From contig JAVZHX010000001.1 of the NCBI GenBank assembly GCA_038871515.1, forward strand, positions 448,001-512,000: 64,000 nucleotides of DNA. The letters run 5' to 3'. A program made the position numbers and the translations under genes. This document shows positions 59,402 through 64,000 of this stretch, one piece after another. Source of the stretch: Candidatus Micrarchaeia archaeon. GTDB lineage: Archaea; Micrarchaeota; Micrarchaeia; Burarchaeales; Fermentimicrarchaeaceae. How positions within the stretch are numbered: position 1 is the stretch's first letter; each line of letters starts with the position of its first letter. The notes below the pieces were generated by a model that saw only the letters and a program-made list of their open reading frames with translations, did not search any database and was not told the DNA's origin.

Positions 59402-60417
59402 ACATAGATTTCTTTGCCGCATGTGCAGTTATCTTTCTCATAAGCTTCCTTGTTGTTTTTCTCATCACTCCGAAAGCAATCAAAAAGCTGGAGGAGAGAA
59501 GGATAGTTGCGCCTGATTTGAACAAACCAGAAAGACCTGCAGTGCCAAAAATAGGAGGAATTGTAATGCTCCTTGGTTTATCCCTAGCTCTTCTCCTCTC
59601 CCTCCAGCTTCACTCCGCAGGAATTGATAAGGTTCATATGCTCGCTGCAATATGCTCCATAACCCTCATTGCAGTTATGGGTTTGCTTGATGACCTGTTG
59701 AAAATACCTGATAGATACAGGGTGCTCCTCCCAGTATTCGCTGCCATACCGCTTATGGTAACAAAAGCAGGAGTGACAAAAATGAACTTAATTCTCTGGA
59801 CAGTTGATTTCAACTTGGGGGTGCTTTCCCTTCCCCTCATAGGAGCAGTTGACATAAATCTATACTCACTTCTGCTTGTCCCAATAGGAGTTGTGGCGTG
59901 CTCCAATCTAATAAATTTACTCGCTGGTTTCAATGGGCTTGAAGCAGGGACGGGTGCAGTTGTTTCCGCATTCATCTTCCTTGCAAGCATTCTTTTAAGA
60001 TTCGCGGGGTTGCATACCACCGAAACAAGCTTCATAATGATTGGCTTGTTTGGCGCATGCCTCGCATTCCTTTTCTACAATTGGTATCCAGCAAGGATAT
60101 TCCCTGGCAACGTTGCGACGTATATGATTGGCGCATCAATTGTCGCAGCAGTTGTTCTAGGAAACATGGAGAGAGTAGGCGTAATTGCTTTAACACCACA
60201 GATAATTGAATTTCTCCTAAAAATGCGCTCAAAATTCAAAGCAGAAAACTTTGGAAGAGTTGGAAGGGGAGGAAGGTTATACTACGATGGGGAGATATGC
60301 TCCTTAACTCACTTTCTTATGAAGACGATTCATCCAACAGAAAAGCAGCTTGTGCTCATCCTTCTGCTCCTGCAGATTTTCTTTGGCGTTGTTGCGGTGT
60401 GCAGCATATACGCATAA
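59398..60417 (+). CDS. UDP-GlcNAc:polyprenol-phosphate GlcNAc-1-P transferase (AglH/GPT, MraY family)
   Basis: DLNKP...VP.IGG, GLLDD, NLINLLAGFNGLEAG, YNWYPARIFPGN. Confidence 0.88.
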   Translation: MNIDFFAACAVIFLISFLVVFLITPKAIKKLEERRIVAPDLNKPERPAVPKIGGIVMLLGLSLALLLSLQLHSAGIDKVHMLAAICSITLIAVMGLLDDLLKIPDRYRVLLPVFAAIPLMVTKAGVTKMNLILWTVDFNLGVLSLPLIGAVDINLYSLLLVPIGVVACSNLINLLAGFNGLEAGTGAVVSAFIFLASILLRFAGLHTTETSFIMIGLFGACLAFLFYNWYPARIFPGNVATYMIGASIVAAVVLGNMERVGVIALTPQIIEFLLKMRSKFKAENFGRVGRGGRLYYDGEICSLTHFLMKTIHPTEKQLVLILLLLQIFFGVVAVCSIYA

Positions 60418-61119
60418 CTACTTTGTCACCAAATCAACTATGCTTATTATTTGGTTTAGCTCCTCATAATCTGGCACTCTTCCTATATCTATCCAGTAGT
60501 CATCAAAAATATATCCATAGAACTTTCTCTTATCCTCAAGCAGTTTCGGGAATACATCCTGCGCAAAGTCATAACCCTCCTTTATGTATTCAAAAATCTC
60601 CGGCTCAAAGCAGTAAAAACCAGAGTTCACAAGGTTCTGCACTATTGGCTTCTCCTCAAACCGAATTATCCTGCCTTCATTATCAATATGCGCCACTCCG
60701 TACTCAAGCGGTATCCCGGTTCTCTTCAACGCAACAGTTGCCAATGCTCCTTTTCTTTTGTGGAATTCGGCAAACTTTTTTGGGTCTATTGTTGTGAGAT
60801 GATCGCCCATTGTCACAACAAATGTATCCTTCACATATTCCCTGCAGGGGAGTATGGAGCCAGCAGTATTCATCTCCCTCTCCTCAACAAAATACTTTAT
60901 TTTCACTCCAAACTTGCTCCCATCTCCGAAGTGTTTCATTATCTGGTCCTTCAAATACCCCACAGTGAAATATATTTCCTTAAATCCATGCCTGCTCAAG
61001 TTGTTAACAACAAACTCAAGAATTGGCTTTTTGCCAAGCGGTAGCATTGGCTTTGGGATGGAATATGTATACGGCCTTAATCTTGTTCCTCTCCCACCGC
61101 ACAGAACAATTGCCTTCAT
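60418..61119 (-). CDS. Sugar-1-phosphate nucleotidyltransferase
   Basis: AIVLCGGRGTRLRPYT..IPKPMLP, FEEKP, YWIDIG. Confidence 0.9.
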   Translation of the reverse strand: MKAIVLCGGRGTRLRPYTYSIPKPMLPLGKKPILEFVVNNLSRHGFKEIYFTVGYLKDQIMKHFGDGSKFGVKIKYFVEEREMNTAGSILPCREYVKDTFVVTMGDHLTTIDPKKFAEFHKRKGALATVALKRTGIPLEYGVAHIDNEGRIIRFEEKPIVQNLVNSGFYCFEPEIFEYIKEGYDFAQDVFPKLLEDKRKFYGYIFDDYWIDIGRVPDYEELNQIISIVDLVTK

Positions 61120-62472
61120 TCAACCACCTCTACACCTCTCAACAATTTTCTTATACTTCCTTAAAAGCTCATCCGCTTTTCTTTTGCTCTTCGCCTCAGC
61201 AAATATCCTTATCAAATTCTCAGTTCCAGATGCTCTCACAATAACCCACGAATCATCAAAGTCAACCCTCACACCATCCACTGTATTCACTCTCCCCTCC
61301 CCCCTCACCCTTTCCTTAAACTCCTTCAGCACTTTCTGCTTCTTCTCATCCGGGCACTCAATTTTTGTTTTTGCGTTGTAATACTCGGGCATCTCTGCAA
61401 TTAAAGAGGAAAGAGCTCTTTCCTCCTTGCACATTCTTTCAATAATTTTCAGCGCAGTTATAAACCCATCTTTGCCAAAGTGAATGGAAGGCCACAGCAC
61501 CCCGCCTGCTTCCTCCCCCGCGATTACTGCGTTCAGCTCCTTAGCTCTCCTTGAAAGATACGGGCCGCCAACTTTCACGTATTCAATCACCCCTCCTCTC
61601 TCCTTTGCCACATCCGCAACTGCGTTGCTTGTTGCAACAGTTGTCACCACATACCCCCTTCTCTCTCTAAGCGCAATGTCAACTGCAAGCGCAAAACTCC
61701 TATCCCCAAAAATATACTCCCCCCCTTCATCAACAAATATCACCCTGTCCGCATCCCCATCCCACGCAACTCCCAAATCCGCTCCCAATGCAACAACACT
61801 CCCCATAAGCTCGGTAACGTTCTGCGGAGTTGGCTCTGAATTTCTACCTGGGAAGGAGCCGTCAAGCTGTCCATTCAGCGTAGTCACCTTGCACCCCAAC
61901 TCTTTGAAAAGCTTTGGTGCAATTAAACTAGCCGTTCCATTCCCGCAGTCAAGCACAACCTTTGGAGCTTTCTTCATCACATGCCTTTTCTCAACGCATT
62001 TTCTTAGCATACCTATGTGGTCATCAAGCGCAAGTGGGTAATCCACGGACTCCTTAAGCGAACCCCAATCCACCTTTTTGAAGCTTCCCTTCTCAAAAAT
62101 TTCCTCAATTCTCTCTCCCTCCTCCCGTGATATGCCTATCCCATCTTTATCAGTGAATTTCAACCCATTCCAATCAGGCGGATTGTGGGAAGCAGTTATC
62201 ATAACTCCTCCGTTTGCTGAAATTTTTTTAACTTCGTACTCAAGAGTTGGGAGGGGGACAATACCAAGGTTTAATACTCTACACCCAACGCTCAGCAAAC
62301 CGCTTATCACCGCATGCTCAAGCATCGCACCGCTGAAGCGCGCATCCCTCCCAACAAGCACACTTCCCCCATTTATAAATGTGCCAAAAGCAGCGCTCAT
62401 TTTCGCAGCAAACTCGGGGGTGAGCAAATCAGATTTACCCCTTATTCCATACGTACCGAAATACTTTGCCAT
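61120..62472 (-). CDS. glmM: Phosphoglucosamine mutase/phosphomannomutase family
   Basis: YFGTYGIRG, ITASHNPP.WNG.K, DGDADR, GEEAGG, RASGTE. Confidence 0.85.
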   Translation of the reverse strand: MAKYFGTYGIRGKSDLLTPEFAAKMSAAFGTFINGGSVLVGRDARFSGAMLEHAVISGLLSVGCRVLNLGIVPLPTLEYEVKKISANGGVMITASHNPPDWNGLKFTDKDGIGISREEGERIEEIFEKGSFKKVDWGSLKESVDYPLALDDHIGMLRKCVEKRHVMKKAPKVVLDCGNGTASLIAPKLFKELGCKVTTLNGQLDGSFPGRNSEPTPQNVTELMGSVVALGADLGVAWDGDADRVIFVDEGGEYIFGDRSFALAVDIALRERRGYVVTTVATSNAVADVAKERGGVIEYVKVGGPYLSRRAKELNAVIAGEEAGGVLWPSIHFGKDGFITALKIIERMCKEERALSSLIAEMPEYYNAKTKIECPDEKKQKVLKEFKERVRGEGRVNTVDGVRVDFDDSWVIVRASGTENLIRIFAEAKSKRKADELLRKYKKIVERCRGG

Positions 62473-62482
62473 CACATCACAT

Positions 62483-63361
62483 TTACTCTCCAACATTTTT
62501 AACGCTTGCACCTGTTCTCCCCAACAAACCCAATAACTTTATCTCTGGGTATAATGTGATGAGGAGTATTTGAAGCATCACCATAATGGGGATGAGGATG
62601 AGGAGGAGCAATGCACCTATGAAAACACACATTTTATACGTCTGCTCCTCCATCCCACTTAAACCTGCTGCCTGTGGAGGAGTTGTTGCAAGTATCTCCA
62701 TCACAGAAATTATTAATGAAAGGATGAGTTGAATGAAGAGGAAGAAAAACACCAGTGATAGAAGAAGCCTTCCGTATGGCTTTGTTGGTGAAAAGAAGTA
62801 AAGGAAAACACCAATTGGGAAAAGCAGAACCCCGAAGGAGATGAAAAAGAAGCGTATTATAAGAAAAACAACGAAGAGAATGAGAAGAGGTAAGAGGAGG
62901 AGGAAAAGCGCAAGCGTTGTTACTGAAGGGTAGCCTACCTCTGGAAAAGGTGCGGTGATAAAATACGCTGAGAGAAGTTGGGAGAGGTTGATAAGAAGTT
63001 TGTATATTGGAAGGGAGAATGCAACAATAAGCATGCTCACCAGGGAGTTCTGTATTGTAATACGCGCATTAACTTGGGACTCCAAACCACCCCCAGTCAT
63101 TATCCTCACCCCACTCCATGTTAGTATAAGAAGATACAGGGGGGCGAGAAGGGAAATCAGCTTTGAGTGAACTGAGGAAAGTGGTTCTGTAACCACTGGG
63201 TTGTATGCAACAAGCTGGTTTGCAAGCGCGATGAAAAGCGAAAGTCCATATTTAAGAAGAGAAAAAAATGTTTCAACAAGCGCATTTGCAATTGCATTTG
63301 GGTCTGGCCATGCGGCTTGAACAACGCAGATAAGCAGAATGAGAGTTAACAAACGCCTCAT
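62483..63361 (-). CDS. Multi-pass membrane protein, VirB6/CedA-like candidate
   Basis: Signal-like N-terminus, 6-7 TM segments, R......G...FPIG.FL...SPTK.YG pattern. Confidence 0.45.
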   Translation of the reverse strand: MRRLLTLILLICVVQAAWPDPNAIANALVETFFSLLKYGLSLFIALANQLVAYNPVVTEPLSSVHSKLISLLAPLYLLILTWSGVRIMTGGGLESQVNARITIQNSLVSMLIVAFSLPIYKLLINLSQLLSAYFITAPFPEVGYPSVTTLALFLLLLPLLILFVVFLIIRFFFISFGVLLFPIGVFLYFFSPTKPYGRLLLSLVFFFLFIQLILSLIISVMEILATTPPQAAGLSGMEEQTYKMCVFIGALLLLILIPIMVMLQILLITLYPEIKLLGLLGRTGASVKNVGE

Positions 63362-64000
63362 CCACTCACCCTCCTAAAACCAATATAGCTTATAACTAGA
63401 ATAAAAAGGAATGCCAAAAGGGAGAGCATGTATGTAATTTCTGAGGAGTTATACACAGCTACATTGCCCCTTGCACTGACTTCGGAAAACACCCCATCAT
63501 ACTCCGAAGTCACCTCAACAAGACTCTGGTTTGCTTTTAAAATAAAACTTGCTTCCCCTTCTTCATTCGTTTCACCAAAGAATCTCTTTCCTGAATAGTT
63601 CACTGCAACTCTCTTTTGCTTCACTTCTGTTCCATTATAAGTTAATCTAACTATTGCTCTGAACTCCATGCCCTCCTCCACAAACTTTGGAAGGAGAAGC
63701 TCAATTTTTGGGTTCAAAGGACATGAAGCATTCAAATTCACTTCATGCTTCCTCCCGAATAAGTCAGTTATGACAAGAGATGGCTTTCCAATTTCATCTC
63801 TTGGAACCCCCGAGAAGTTTATAAAAACAGAGTTGTTTGAAACAGCAAAGCTGCTTAACATTCTCTCAGAAAACTCGTGCTGAATGGGTATGCTAACCAC
63901 TTCCAAAACATTGTGAGGTTTCATAACAGGCAAAACATCTAACTCCCTCAAACGAAGAGTTAAATTTGCTTTTTGGAATGAAAGAAAAAGAGACTGAACA
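63358..64000 (-). CDS. Surface protein with an Ig-like region and C-terminal TM anchor; 5' end outside the window
   Basis: The frame stays open to the window edge; G.TNEEGEASF Ig-like motif; terminal TM followed by RR. Confidence 0.6.
   Translation of the reverse strand, partial: VQSLFLSFQKANLTLRLRELDVLPVMKPHNVLEVVSIPIQHEFSERMLSSFAVSNNSVFINFSGVPRDEIGKPSLVITDLFGRKHEVNLNASCPLNPKIELLLPKFVEEGMEFRAIVRLTYNGTEVKQKRVAVNYSGKRFFGETNEEGEASFILKANQSLVEVTSEYDGVFSEVSARGNVAVYNSSEITYMLSLLAFLFILVISYIGFRRVSG

Overview
Gene-dense archaeal chromosomal segment. Archaeal-type TFE, Cdc6/Orc1, RFC-L, SRP54, class I LysRS, aTrm56, CDC48 and HMG-CoA reductase, together with short multi-intron tRNAs, suggest a DPANN/Micrarchaeota-like lineage (inference). 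Bases 1-11 kb are accessory: an AT-rich roadblock/FIST/GGR-like block, then a cluster of five toxin-antitoxin modules (two with frameshifted toxins) next to the 3' end of tRNA-iMet. The rest is mostly housekeeping. The standout observation is at 21141-23420 on the minus strand. A COG2403-type (cDPGS-like/arginine-synthetase-like) gene upstream of carB-carA is split inside its conserved GAAGRD|FHNFN motif by a 31-nt insert (22440-22470). The insert folds into a bulge-helix-bulge (BHB) splicing motif whose predicted cuts exactly restore the frame, so it is a candidate tRNA-type intron in an mRNA. Directly upstream, with an ATGA stop/start overlap, lies an AT-rich free-standing two-motif LAGLIDADG endonuclease gene. 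I infer a two-part homing element: a free-standing endonuclease plus a BHB mini-intron that protects the target site. Two tRNAs in the window carry BHB introns at non-canonical positions, which shows a permissive splicing endonuclease is needed in this organism. Other oddities are a GINS-A-domain/PLD-nuclease fusion, an MNT/Cas2-like fusion with paired operators, a candidate structured sRNA upstream of rtcA, a TFE with a long basic tail, and an AglB-like protein lacking WWDYG. All family assignments are by eye from motifs; no searches were run.
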